From Patescibacteria group bacterium (GTDB taxonomy: Bacteria > Patescibacteriota > Microgenomatia > Levybacterales > GWA1-39-11), in contig DASZRG010000039.1 in the NCBI GenBank assembly GCA_035549295.1, forward strand, positions 31 through 64,030: DNA of 64,000 nt, read 5' to 3'. The notes beneath the pieces are model-generated. The model made no database searches and had not been told where the DNA came from. It saw only the letters and a program-made list of their open reading frames with translations. The translations under genes and the position numbers were made by a program. Below, in pieces: positions 48,012 to 56,904 of the stretch. The stretch's first letter is position 1; the number at the start of each line of letters is the position of its first letter.

Positions 48012-48875
48012 TTATGCCGCTGGAATTAGTATTTCAACGTCCACGGTAGACTTTGGAGCATTGGGGTTTTTGAGCATCCCGCCTTTTTTAGCAAAAAACA
48101 TAATAGCAATATTATCCTGTTGATGTTCAGAAAACTTGGGATAAATTTGCCGATTGATGCGAAGCGCGCTACTTCGCAGCGCTCCATGATGACTCCTGAC
48201 ATCGTCTTCAGAGTAGTAACCGTACACATACTTTATTAAATTAGGGTAAGGAACAATTACCCCTTCATTAAGGGAAAGTATTTTCAATAATCTACCATCT
48301 ACTGGTGCCACTTTTACCTGAGTCTGATCTTTTCTAGTAAGAACCCTCAATTCTTCGTTGTAAGTGAAATCAGGATGATAGTAAATATTATCATCTAGAT
48401 TATGCGTACTCTCCTGGAGCACGTTTAATCGTTCATCAATGAATCTGTACCCACTTTCTCTTACCGTTTCTATCGGATTTGAGTCAAATCTAACAATCTT
48501 ATCTCTAACTTTACACACTACTGTTCTAACTGTCGCGTGGTCATCTTCCAACATATTTTCACTTTCCCAAAGCGCAAATGCAATCTTTTTAATAGGTGTC
48601 ACTCTGTTTGGTCTAAGCTGTAACTCATGCAGGACCTTTGCTTCAGTTTTAGTTAAGTGAATTTTGTTTAAATGATTACCGCTTTCATCTTCGCCTTTAT
48701 ATAACTCGCTTGTATTTGAATTTGGGTTGAATTTGAAACTATAGCTGGGATAGTGCCAGGTTACATTAGGTTGTTCCGAAAGATATTTTCCCGGTGGAAT
48801 TGAATTCGGGGTATTTAAACCTCGCGGTCTCTGAATTTCCCTTATCCTAGGGACAGTTTGTAGCCGCTCACTCAT
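48012..48875 (-). CDS. Protein with two tandem OmpR/PhoB-type winged-helix domains and no receiver domain
   Basis: LTKTEAKVL..L..RPNRV...ALW...TVRTVVCKVRDKI...IETVRESGYRF; a second, more degenerate copy follows. Confidence 0.75.
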   Translation of the reverse strand: MSERLQTVPRIREIQRPRGLNTPNSIPPGKYLSEQPNVTWHYPSYSFKFNPNSNTSELYKGEDESGNHLNKIHLTKTEAKVLHELQLRPNRVTPIKKIAFALWESENMLEDDHATVRTVVCKVRDKIVRFDSNPIETVRESGYRFIDERLNVLQESTHNLDDNIYYHPDFTYNEELRVLTRKDQTQVKVAPVDGRLLKILSLNEGVIVPYPNLIKYVYGYYSEDDVRSHHGALRSSALRINRQIYPKFSEHQQDNIAIMFFAKKGGMLKNPNAPKSTVDVEILIPAA

Positions 48876-48946
48876 TTTAGAAGCATATTATCAAAATCTA
48901 AATTGAGTATCAATATTTTAGGCAGATACATCTGTTAAAATGGGCT

Positions 48947-50872
48947 ATGACCGATATTGTCCTATTAAAAAATGCCACCGAAGTTGGAACTTTTGGAGGC
49001 AAGGCAGTGAATCTTGCAAAACTATTGAACGCGGGACTTCCTGTACCAAACGGTTTTGCGGTTGGACTTGGCGCATTCGGACCTGATGGCAAACTGTTCG
49101 CTGGGGCTAAAGAAGAAATAAGCAAACTTACCAAAGACCAGCCTTATGCAGTTCGATCTTCTGCTACTGCTGAAGACGCTGAAAATTCTTCCTGGGCCGG
49201 CCAATTCGAAACATTCCTCAATGTAAAGCCAAGTGACTTGATTTCAAATATCGAAAAATGTCACGCATCGGCAAAAATAAGAGCTAAATCATACGCAGAT
49301 CAAAAGGGTGAGAAAGCAGTATTCCAAGTTGCCGCTGTAGTACAAGAAATGCTAAATCCTGAGTACGCTGGCGTACTATTTACCAAAGACCCTATCTCAG
49401 GCGAGAGTAAATTTGCTACTGAATATATCGAGGGTCTTGGCGAGGAATTAGTAAGTGGTCGAGCTGACCCAAAGCAAATTAGTTGGCAGAAAGACAAAAT
49501 GCCTGACGCACCTTTTGATGTCAAGCAATTGAGCGAATTGGCTAAAAAGACAGAGAAACTCTTTGGCGAGCCGCAGGATATAGAATGGGTTTGGGCGGAT
49601 AATAAAATTTGGCTAGTACAGGCTCGTCCAATTACAACAAAAGGGGGAATCAACAATGGTTATTATCTAGGTGAACCAGATGATCTTTTTTACTGGGGAC
49701 CATCCCGAGCAAAACCACTCTATATGAGCGACTACATGCAAGCAGTTGAAAATTTTCTTCTCGAGTCGTCATTTCATAAAAACTTACCCAAACCACCCAA
49801 GACACTAGTTTTATTCCATGAGGGAAAAATGGTATGGCTAAATAATGCACATGCATTTGTCGAATTTGTAGAGAAGGTCTTCGAAGCCTATGAATTAAAA
49901 AATCGAATTGAAGAGGATATAAAAGCATGGCAAAATTCCATCGAAATATTGCCAACTCTAAAAGGTGAACACTTCAAAAAAGAGCTACTAAAGGCATGGA
50001 AATTGACTTTATTTGCGGAATTTTCGCTATATGGCGCAGATAGCGTGATAACCAGACGCTTAAGTCGCTTCGATGTTGCAACTCGACAAAAAATTTTTGG
50101 GACTTTTACCATACCAGATAAACAAACATTTCTGACCAGGATTGATGAAGAGTTACTCGAGTCGAAAGATCCACAAAGCCTATCCAAGAAGTACCCATGG
50201 ATAAATGACGGTTATGATGGTGTACACGATACTGCCGAAAGTTATTTTGCAGATAGACTCAAGATTTTGCTTCAAGATAACACGAACAGCCATCTATCAA
50301 AACCAGATAAGTCGGCTCTCGAACACGAATTTTCTTTAAGCGGTGAAGAAATTAAGGTTTTGACTCTAACAAGAAGGTTAGCAGAATTTATGGATGATAG
50401 AAAGGAGTGGATGATGAAAACACGCAGATTAATAGAAGAGTTTTCGATATACATTGAGCATGGATGGATGCTTGACGACGGTAAAGCATCAAAAATAGAT
50501 GAAGCAAATACAACAGACCTGTGGCAACGCTATATAAATTTCAAAGGGTCTACAAATGCAGTTACCGGCATCGTTGCGAGCAATGGAGGACGACATTTTG
50601 TAACGGGTGAGATTGTGATCGTTTCAGGTCCGACAGATACGGTTGCAAGCGGCATGATTCTAGTCGTTCCATCTACAAGCCCAAGCTATGTCCCCCTTAT
50701 GAGGAGTGCAAAAGCACTTATCACAGACCATGGCGGCATGATGTCTCATGCGGCTATTGTCGCGCGCGAGTTCGGTCTACCATGTATTGTAGGCACAAAA
50801 CACGCAACAAAAGTCCTAAAAACAGGCGATAAAGTAGTCCTGGATCTCGTCAAAGGCGAAGTCAATAGATAA
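48947..50872 (+). CDS. PEP synthase/PPDK-family phosphotransferase, RPH-like architecture (ATP-grasp, middle domain, C-terminal His swivel)
   Basis: GGKA.NL, AVRSSATAED..SWAGQF, GLGEELVSG, PQDIEW, QARPIT; GGMMSHAAIVARE at the C-terminus. Confidence 0.85.
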   Translation: MTDIVLLKNATEVGTFGGKAVNLAKLLNAGLPVPNGFAVGLGAFGPDGKLFAGAKEEISKLTKDQPYAVRSSATAEDAENSSWAGQFETFLNVKPSDLISNIEKCHASAKIRAKSYADQKGEKAVFQVAAVVQEMLNPEYAGVLFTKDPISGESKFATEYIEGLGEELVSGRADPKQISWQKDKMPDAPFDVKQLSELAKKTEKLFGEPQDIEWVWADNKIWLVQARPITTKGGINNGYYLGEPDDLFYWGPSRAKPLYMSDYMQAVENFLLESSFHKNLPKPPKTLVLFHEGKMVWLNNAHAFVEFVEKVFEAYELKNRIEEDIKAWQNSIEILPTLKGEHFKKELLKAWKLTLFAEFSLYGADSVITRRLSRFDVATRQKIFGTFTIPDKQTFLTRIDEELLESKDPQSLSKKYPWINDGYDGVHDTAESYFADRLKILLQDNTNSHLSKPDKSALEHEFSLSGEEIKVLTLTRRLAEFMDDRKEWMMKTRRLIEEFSIYIEHGWMLDDGKASKIDEANTTDLWQRYINFKGSTNAVTGIVASNGGRHFVTGEIVIVSGPTDTVASGMILVVPSTSPSYVPLMRSAKALITDHGGMMSHAAIVAREFGLPCIVGTKHATKVLKTGDKVVLDLVKGEVNR

Positions 50873-50890
50873 TATGCGTCAACTCAGCTC

Positions 50891-50955
50891 TTAGCGTTTA
50901 GCAGTTAGTAAAATCACCAACCTGCTGCAAGTACCAATCGCAAACCCTTAACAGC
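50891..50955. repeat. 7-nt-period ladder hairpin element, copy D (degenerate)
   Basis: TTAGCGT TTAGCAG TTAG ... CCAACC ... CCAATCG CAAACCC TTAACAG. Confidence 0.55.
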
Positions 50956-51019
50956 CAGGAATCTCCCTAATACCTTATACCAGACACTTGATACCCACGA
51001 TACTGAATACTGATGCGGC

Positions 51020-52234
51020 TTACTTCCAGTCCTCCTTATAGTACTTCTTCCCCACAAGATTCTTTGGCATATATTCTTGATCTACTTTTTCACCAGTCTC
51101 GCGTTCTACTTTCCAGGTATACCTAATGTGCCCCTTTCCGTAGTCGAGCTTTTTCATAACTTTGTTTGCCGCGTTTCGTAGGTGAAGAGGTATAGGATCC
51201 AAATTTTCTTCGTCGATGTCAGCCATCGCCTCACCTATTCCGACAGTCGATGCAATAGACTTTTTGGCAGTAGCAAGGTATGTTGCTGTTTGGGCCAGAA
51301 TGAGCTGCGCCTCAGGCATTCCTATCATGTTTACCGCTTGCATACATGCTGTTGCAAGCACCATTGCGGTTGGCTGGGCATTCCCTACATCTTCAGAGGC
51401 AAAAATAAGCATACGTCTTGCAATAAACATCGGGTCTTCGCCAGCCTTCAACATACGAGCAAGATAATGAAGCGTGGCATCTGGCTGACTGCCACGCATT
51501 GATTTTATAAATGCTGATATAGTGTCGTAATGCCAATCCCCTTTTTTGTCATAAAAAATTGCTTTTTGCTGAACAGCAAGTTCTGCTGTCTTGAGATCTA
51601 CCTTTTTACTTATCGATGCCGCGAGCTCTACAGCATTTATAGCTGTACGAGCGTCACCATTTGACTGATTTATAACGTGAGCAATAGCATCCTTGGACCA
51701 TTTTGATTTGGTTTCCCTTATTGCGCGATCAACTATTGCTTCAAGCTCTTCGTTCGATAAAGAATTCAGAACATACACCTGCGAACGAGAAATAAGGGGA
51801 GCATTTACACGAAATCCAGGATTTTCTGTGGTTGCTCCAATCAAAATTATCGTGCCATCCTCAACGCTTGGCAGAAATGCATCCTGTTGAGATTTGTTAA
51901 AGCGATGTATTTCGTCAACAAACAATACGGTCTGCTGCTGCTCGAGTCCACGTCGAAGATTTTTTGCATCATCTATCACGCGGCGGACATCCGCCACTCC
52001 ACTCGTAACAGCTGAAAAGGATACAAATGCAGCATCAATATAATTGGCGATAAGTGATGCTAGGGTCGTCTTACCAACTCCAGGAGGTCCCCAGAGGATC
52101 ATGGAGGTAACTTTTCTGTTCTCAATCATCCGCCTAATAGGGCGCCCTTCACCCAACAGATGTTGTTGCCCAATATAGTCTTCAATCTTTTGTGGCCTCA
52201 ATTTTTCGGCGAGAGGAACTGTTGTATTTGTCAT
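51020..52234 (-). CDS. rarA: Replication-associated recombination protein A (RarA/MgsA)
   Basis: PLAEKLRP, WGPPGVGKTT, DEIHRFNKSQQD, GATTENP, ISAFIKSMRGS, ASEDVGNA, PLHLRNA. Confidence 0.96.
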   Translation of the reverse strand: MTNTTVPLAEKLRPQKIEDYIGQQHLLGEGRPIRRMIENRKVTSMILWGPPGVGKTTLASLIANYIDAAFVSFSAVTSGVADVRRVIDDAKNLRRGLEQQQTVLFVDEIHRFNKSQQDAFLPSVEDGTIILIGATTENPGFRVNAPLISRSQVYVLNSLSNEELEAIVDRAIRETKSKWSKDAIAHVINQSNGDARTAINAVELAASISKKVDLKTAELAVQQKAIFYDKKGDWHYDTISAFIKSMRGSQPDATLHYLARMLKAGEDPMFIARRMLIFASEDVGNAQPTAMVLATACMQAVNMIGMPEAQLILAQTATYLATAKKSIASTVGIGEAMADIDEENLDPIPLHLRNAANKVMKKLDYGKGHIRYTWKVERETGEKVDQEYMPKNLVGKKYYKEDWK

Positions 52235-52305
52235 CCTGGATACGTATATTCTAACATGCATGCTCAACCCTACTCCAAATGTAAATATGGGTTATAATTC
52301 GCACC

Positions 52306-53112
52306 ATGACAGTTGAAACAAGAAATCCTAAATTCTTTCCAGGGATTCGCCGTACACACAACCCAATACCTTTTAACCCAGAGGACCCAACCTCAACACT
52401 ACCAGATTATCGCAGGTTCCACGCTCTTCCACGTCTTGACTTTATGAACGATTATACATATGGGGATTTACAAACTTTGAGAAGAATTGCTGAAGAACTC
52501 GGCAAGGGAGTCCCACTTGATGAAATAGGCCGTGGGGAAGATATGGCAGCATATTCTCGTGCTGACTTAAATTTCATAGTTAAATTTCCTTACGATGACT
52601 CTACCTGGCAACCAACAACGTTTAATTACAGAATGAACTATGGATACAGCATTTCAAAAGAATATTTAGGAGAACTTTTTGTTCCAAGCATGGATGTTTA
52701 TGGAAAATTCACAAATTATCGCGGCGAAGAACAAAATGTATTGGCGATAGTTCAACATAAGGTGCAAACAGTCGCGAAAGTATTATCTCAGCTAAGAAAT
52801 GAAGGTAATGAGGATAGAATTAAAAAAGTTAAACAAGATTTTTTAGATTTCAATCGACGAGCCTGGGAGTTAGGAATACTTGATGCTGATAGCAACTGGG
52901 AAGAAAATTATGGATACATGAGCGACGGGTCATTCAGATTAATCGATTTCGGAAGAATAACAGACGACCCTGCGCAATTTGCTTTTTTTGAAGGCCTACC
53001 CCGCACCAGTCAGTACGAAAGAGACCTTAGAGATTATTTTACAAATGAAAATTTCATGAAATTTTTTGGTTCACGCACCAGCTCACGCACTAGATCTTCA
53101 AATCCAAAGTAA
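52306..53112 (+). CDS. Hypothetical protein with protein-kinase-like motifs
   Basis: IGRGED, IVK, D...N.G and LIDFG. Confidence 0.55.
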   Translation: MTVETRNPKFFPGIRRTHNPIPFNPEDPTSTLPDYRRFHALPRLDFMNDYTYGDLQTLRRIAEELGKGVPLDEIGRGEDMAAYSRADLNFIVKFPYDDSTWQPTTFNYRMNYGYSISKEYLGELFVPSMDVYGKFTNYRGEEQNVLAIVQHKVQTVAKVLSQLRNEGNEDRIKKVKQDFLDFNRRAWELGILDADSNWEENYGYMSDGSFRLIDFGRITDDPAQFAFFEGLPRTSQYERDLRDYFTNENFMKFFGSRTSSRTRSSNPK

Positions 53113-53446
53113 TCCTCTCGTTAACAATAATTTGATATATTTATTTCCCAAATTATTTTGTTACAATGAACTTAGTTTTGGGCTACCGTAGAAAAATTTA
53201 AAAGATTTTTCTATAAATTGTTAACAACACCTTAGGATGTATCTGTTCAGAGAGTCTGCAGGCTCTTTGGACAAGATTTAACAAACAAATCTCCGCTACA
53301 AACGGCTTGCTTCTTTAGTATCTTTAAATATTTTCTGATATAATTTTCTGAAACTTGGAGGGGTTTACCACATGAAAATGTAAACATTTTCAGTGCGAGC
53401 CTGAAAAGTTTTAAATAAGTTTACATTTAATTTTGTAAACTTTTGA

Positions 53447-53519
53447 GGGCCTATAGCTCATTTGGTAGAGCGCCTGCATGGCATGTAGGAGGTGAGGGGT
53501 TCGAGCCCCCTTAGGTCCA
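53447..53519 (+). tRNA. tRNA-Ala(GGC)
   Basis: GGGCCTA/TAGGTCC acceptor with G3-U70; CCTGC-AT GGC AT-GTAGG; GGTTCGAGCC. Confidence 0.93.
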
Positions 53520-54650
53520 CTAATCTTTTTTTGTAGGTTGTCTACTTCTTTTGAATTCCACGGCCACCATTGAGGCAATGAATGTAACAATTGGTACGGC
53601 AAGTATGAGTCCTAGCGATCCTGCAACAGTTGACACTATTTCTCCACTTATTGTCTCTGTATTAAATATTACCCAGTATGGCACCTTCCCTGGATTTAGC
53701 ACTAAGAATATAAAAATGAAAAGAGACGAACCGGCATATGCTAATACCAACGTGTTTACCAGAGACAAAATGTGCTCGCGCCCCACATTAAATCCTTTTT
53801 TAAAAAGATCATAGGCTTTTATTTTTTCGTGAGCTTCTGCAAGCTCAAAAATAGTTGCGGATTGGCTTATTGTTACGTCATTTAAAGCACCAAGTGTACC
53901 AATTATAATTCCGCTCAAGAAAAGCCCTTTCAGATTTATGATTTTTGTCGCGCCAATCGCAAGTTGTGCTATGTCTTCATTCCCTACGCCTGTCAATGTT
54001 GCGAAATCTGTAAAAAGCATCGCTATTACTGTCGCAATAAGAAGAGAAATAAACGTAGACGCTAGTGCTACGCTTGTTTTTTTACTAATTCCGTGTGCTA
54101 CGTATGTACTTATGATAAGTATTATCACCGCCCCAACTAGTGTTACAACGAGTGGACTAACCCCATTTAAAATATTAGGAACAATAAAGAACAGAATCAC
54201 AGATAGACTTATCAAAAGACCCAGAAGCGAACCTAATCCCGCAACACCCGTTACAATAAGCAACATAACAACAAAAACAGCAAGTATTATAAAAATATTC
54301 ATAGATCTATATTTGTCGTACACCGAATAGACTGTTTTTCCATTCATTGTTTGCCTCAATAGCACTACCGTATCTCCTTCTGAGACTTCATGGTCGAGAG
54401 TTAAAGTGTCAGGGTCGCCAATATGAATATTTAGTGTTTTATTTTCTTCGCTGCCACTAAGGATCTTAACTTTTAAATCTTGATAGTAATTAGTCTGACC
54501 AGAGGAAACTACTTTTCCAGAATCGACAACACTAACAATCTGTGCCTTTGAATACTCTTCTTTTACTGAAGGTGATTGAGCAAATGCGCGAGGCGAGAAA
54601 ATGAGTATAAATAAAAACAGCGAGAAAAAGATTCTCTTCAAACGACCCAT
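53520..54650 (-). CDS. YibE/F family membrane protein
   Basis: GIIIGTLGALNDVTISQ, GREHI.SLVNTLVLAYAG, GSLGLILAVP. Confidence 0.9.
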   Translation of the reverse strand: MGRLKRIFFSLFLFILIFSPRAFAQSPSVKEEYSKAQIVSVVDSGKVVSSGQTNYYQDLKVKILSGSEENKTLNIHIGDPDTLTLDHEVSEGDTVVLLRQTMNGKTVYSVYDKYRSMNIFIILAVFVVMLLIVTGVAGLGSLLGLLISLSVILFFIVPNILNGVSPLVVTLVGAVIILIISTYVAHGISKKTSVALASTFISLLIATVIAMLFTDFATLTGVGNEDIAQLAIGATKIINLKGLFLSGIIIGTLGALNDVTISQSATIFELAEAHEKIKAYDLFKKGFNVGREHILSLVNTLVLAYAGSSLFIFIFLVLNPGKVPYWVIFNTETISGEIVSTVAGSLGLILAVPIVTFIASMVAVEFKRSRQPTKKD

Positions 54651-54673
54651 AAGGGTAATTTTATATTTTCCTG

Positions 54674-55399
54674 CTAAACAAATCTAGTGACTGTAAAAAT
54701 AAAGATAACTCCAAGAATTGTAAGTCCAATCATTTTGTAAGAGCTATGTTCAGAATGGGCCTCTGGAAGCAGATCGCTTGCTCCAATATAAAGTAAAAAT
54801 CCTGCGAAGAACCCAAGATACGAAACAAGCCATGCCTCAGGAATTTTAAACACAAATGTCGATAAAACTCCAAGGATTGGTGTTACTGCGTCCAGTAGCA
54901 AAAACTTAATAGCACGCTTATTACTGTTTTTGTTGGTTAAAAGAAGTGTGACCGTATTTAGTCCATCTGAAAAATCATGAGCGATAACTGCAAAAGCGAT
55001 TAGCAAACCCACATGAGGATTCACCTGAAATCCAAGCCCAATTCCGACGCCATCAAGAAAACTATGAAAAGATAGGCCAGATGCCCCTAGAATGCCGATT
55101 GATGGGTGTTTATGGCTTGCGTACTCATCTTCATGCGCATGGTGAATAATGATAGTCTTCTCAAGAACATGGAAGACTAAAAAGCCAATAACTGTCGCGA
55201 TAAGCATTTGAGTTACATCAAGGTGACGCTCAACTACCATTTCAAAAGCCTCAGGCATGATATCAAAAAAGCAGACAGCTAGCAGAACCCCTGCCGTAAA
55301 ACTCATGATATAGTGCAGCTTGCTTTTATTCTTGAGTGCGAACAGTCCACCGGCGGTTGTCGATAAAAACGTAAAAAATGACAATAAAATCGCTTCCAT
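54674..55399 (-). CDS. ZIP family metal transporter
   Basis: FTAGVLL, His-rich loop HHAHEDEYASH, HSFLDG, HDFSDG, DLLPEAH. Confidence 0.92.
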   Translation of the reverse strand: MEAILLSFFTFLSTTAGGLFALKNKSKLHYIMSFTAGVLLAVCFFDIMPEAFEMVVERHLDVTQMLIATVIGFLVFHVLEKTIIIHHAHEDEYASHKHPSIGILGASGLSFHSFLDGVGIGLGFQVNPHVGLLIAFAVIAHDFSDGLNTVTLLLTNKNSNKRAIKFLLLDAVTPILGVLSTFVFKIPEAWLVSYLGFFAGFLLYIGASDLLPEAHSEHSSYKMIGLTILGVIFIFTVTRFV

Positions 55400-55400
55400 A

Positions 55401-55820
55401 TTAATTCTGGCAAGTATTACAGAGGCCAAAAAACTCTATATTGTGTTTTTCTATCGTAAATTTAGTATTCGTCTGAATCTTTTCTTCTTGCGTTTTAAAA
55501 ATAAAATCAAAATCATCAAGGTCCTCTACTCGTCCGCAACTCAAACACACTATATGGTGGTGATGGTTTTTTGTTTTTAGCTCATATCTCTTTTTACCAT
55601 CGCCAAACTCTATCTCAATCACAATATTCTGACACTTCAGAAAATCTAGTTCACGATATATGGTTGTTTTATTCGCTGAAAGATCTTTCTTGTAAAGATT
55701 AGTGATGATCTCACTAACAGATAGTGGCTTTTGGGTAGAGTTTAGAATTGAAAGTATCGAATCACGAATCTTGGTAACTCTAAATCCTTTATTTTTGAGA
55801 TCAATGCTGTTTTTATTCAT
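55401..55820 (-). CDS. Fur family regulator, Zur-like
   Basis: TTIYREL, HHHHIVCLSCG, GLCNTC; cotranscribed with ZIP. Confidence 0.9.
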   Translation of the reverse strand: MNKNSIDLKNKGFRVTKIRDSILSILNSTQKPLSVSEIITNLYKKDLSANKTTIYRELDFLKCQNIVIEIEFGDGKKRYELKTKNHHHHIVCLSCGRVEDLDDFDFIFKTQEEKIQTNTKFTIEKHNIEFFGLCNTCQN

Positions 55821-55822
55821 TT

Positions 55823-55869
55823 TGCAACTTGGTTGCATTTAGTATATGCAACTCAGTTGCACTTGTCAA
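55823..55869 (-). promoter_or_regulatory. Sigma70 promoter TTGACA-17-TATACT with two TGCAACnnnGTTGCA operators
   Basis: Palindromes at 55823-55837 and 55847-55861; one lies in the -35/-10 spacer, the other between -10 and ATG. Confidence 0.85.
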
Positions 55870-55986
55870 CCCGCAATTCATAATGGCGCCTTGAGTTCGA
55901 GTATGAAAATAGTTAAAATATACAATCAAGCTTTTTAGAAGTTTGGTTAGTTTGTTGTTTTCGTTAATTTGTTAATTGTCGGACTA

Positions 55987-56058
55987 CGGGGTGTAGTTCA
56001 TCGGTAGAACGCTCGCTTTGGGAGCGAGAAGTAGCAGGTCCAATTCCTGTCACCCCGA
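55987..56058 (+). tRNA. tRNA-Pro(TGG)
   Basis: CGGGGTG/CACCCCG; CTCGC-TT TGG GA-GCGAG; T-loop TCCAATT (atypical). Confidence 0.88.
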
Positions 56059-56082
56059 CAAACAAGTTCAAGATGATAGTTT

Positions 56083-56640
56083 TTATACCTCTTCCGATCT
56101 TCGAGGAATAAACCTTGATAGAATCAATCCGTTTTGTCCAGCCTGCATGCTAAGATTACTCACCCTTGGCAATCCAAATCTAACGGGCGCCACGTAACCC
56201 TCGCCCTCCCAAAAGCTTTGTAAAATTCCCATACCGTAAGTGACGTTGTAAGAAACAACGTCTTCTGGTTGATATCGATCTGATTTTAAGTCTAGTGCTA
56301 ACTGTTCATTCGGCGCAAGACAAACAATTTCTAACTCCCCAGCTTCAGCATCTATGCTGAATCTTTCTGGATCATATTCACGTCTAGTAACCGGGGCATT
56401 CAATCCCACTTCTATAATAAGGTTTGGAAAAGTTGTCGAACCCAAAAAAGTTCTTGGATTTTTGCCATCATCCTTTTCAGAGGCAACTTTAAAATCTTTA
56501 AAACCAAAATAATGAGCTTTCACATTCGGTACCTTGGGAATCATAGGCTCTTTTACTCCCAAGCCGTCAGGTCCTGGAAATCCGTTATACTCAACGACTA
56601 ATTCTTTTTCCGGTGCAAAAGACTCTGTTTCAGTTGCCAT
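56083..56640 (-). CDS. Hypothetical protein between convergent tRNAs
   Basis: 185-aa ORF; TAAGAT 7 nt upstream. Confidence 0.65.
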   Translation of the reverse strand: MATETESFAPEKELVVEYNGFPGPDGLGVKEPMIPKVPNVKAHYFGFKDFKVASEKDDGKNPRTFLGSTTFPNLIIEVGLNAPVTRREYDPERFSIDAEAGELEIVCLAPNEQLALDLKSDRYQPEDVVSYNVTYGMGILQSFWEGEGYVAPVRFGLPRVSNLSMQAGQNGLILSRFIPRRSEEV

Positions 56641-56740
56641 AGAGTGTATCTTAATAGCTTGCAGGAATCATGTCAAATAAGACGAGGAGCGGGCAGCCCA
56701 CCTTTGGTGTCTAGCTTCGCTCAAATTTTTGAACAATTTG

Positions 56741-56812
56741 AGCGGGATACCGGATTCGAACCGGTGACCTCCTCCTTGGAAGGGAGGCATTCTACCACTG
56801 AACTAATCCCGC
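56741..56812 (-). tRNA. tRNA-Gly(TCC)
   Basis: GCGGGAT/ATCCCGC, U73; CCTCC-CT TCC AA-GGAGG; ACCGG-TTCGAAT-CCGGT. Confidence 0.93.
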
Positions 56813-56904
56813 AATAGCATAACATTATATCAGTTAGGAAAGCCCACCTCAAGAAACTCAAACAATTCAGATTATTTGCTTATTAAGTTTGCTATACTTT
56901 TTCC

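Noticed and set aside
48947-50872. Calling this gene ppsA or rph (rifampin resistance)
   Set aside because: It lacks the PpsA C-terminal domain, and the middle domain is not recognisably RPH
53411-53602. 63-aa minus-strand ORF
   Set aside because: Antisense shadow of tRNA-Ala
56686-56745. Possible att duplication of the tRNA-Gly 3' end (CCCGCTC) and hairpin CGCTCAAATT/AATTTGAGCG
   Set aside because: The match is only 7-8 bp with no integrase; more likely a terminator or processing hairpin
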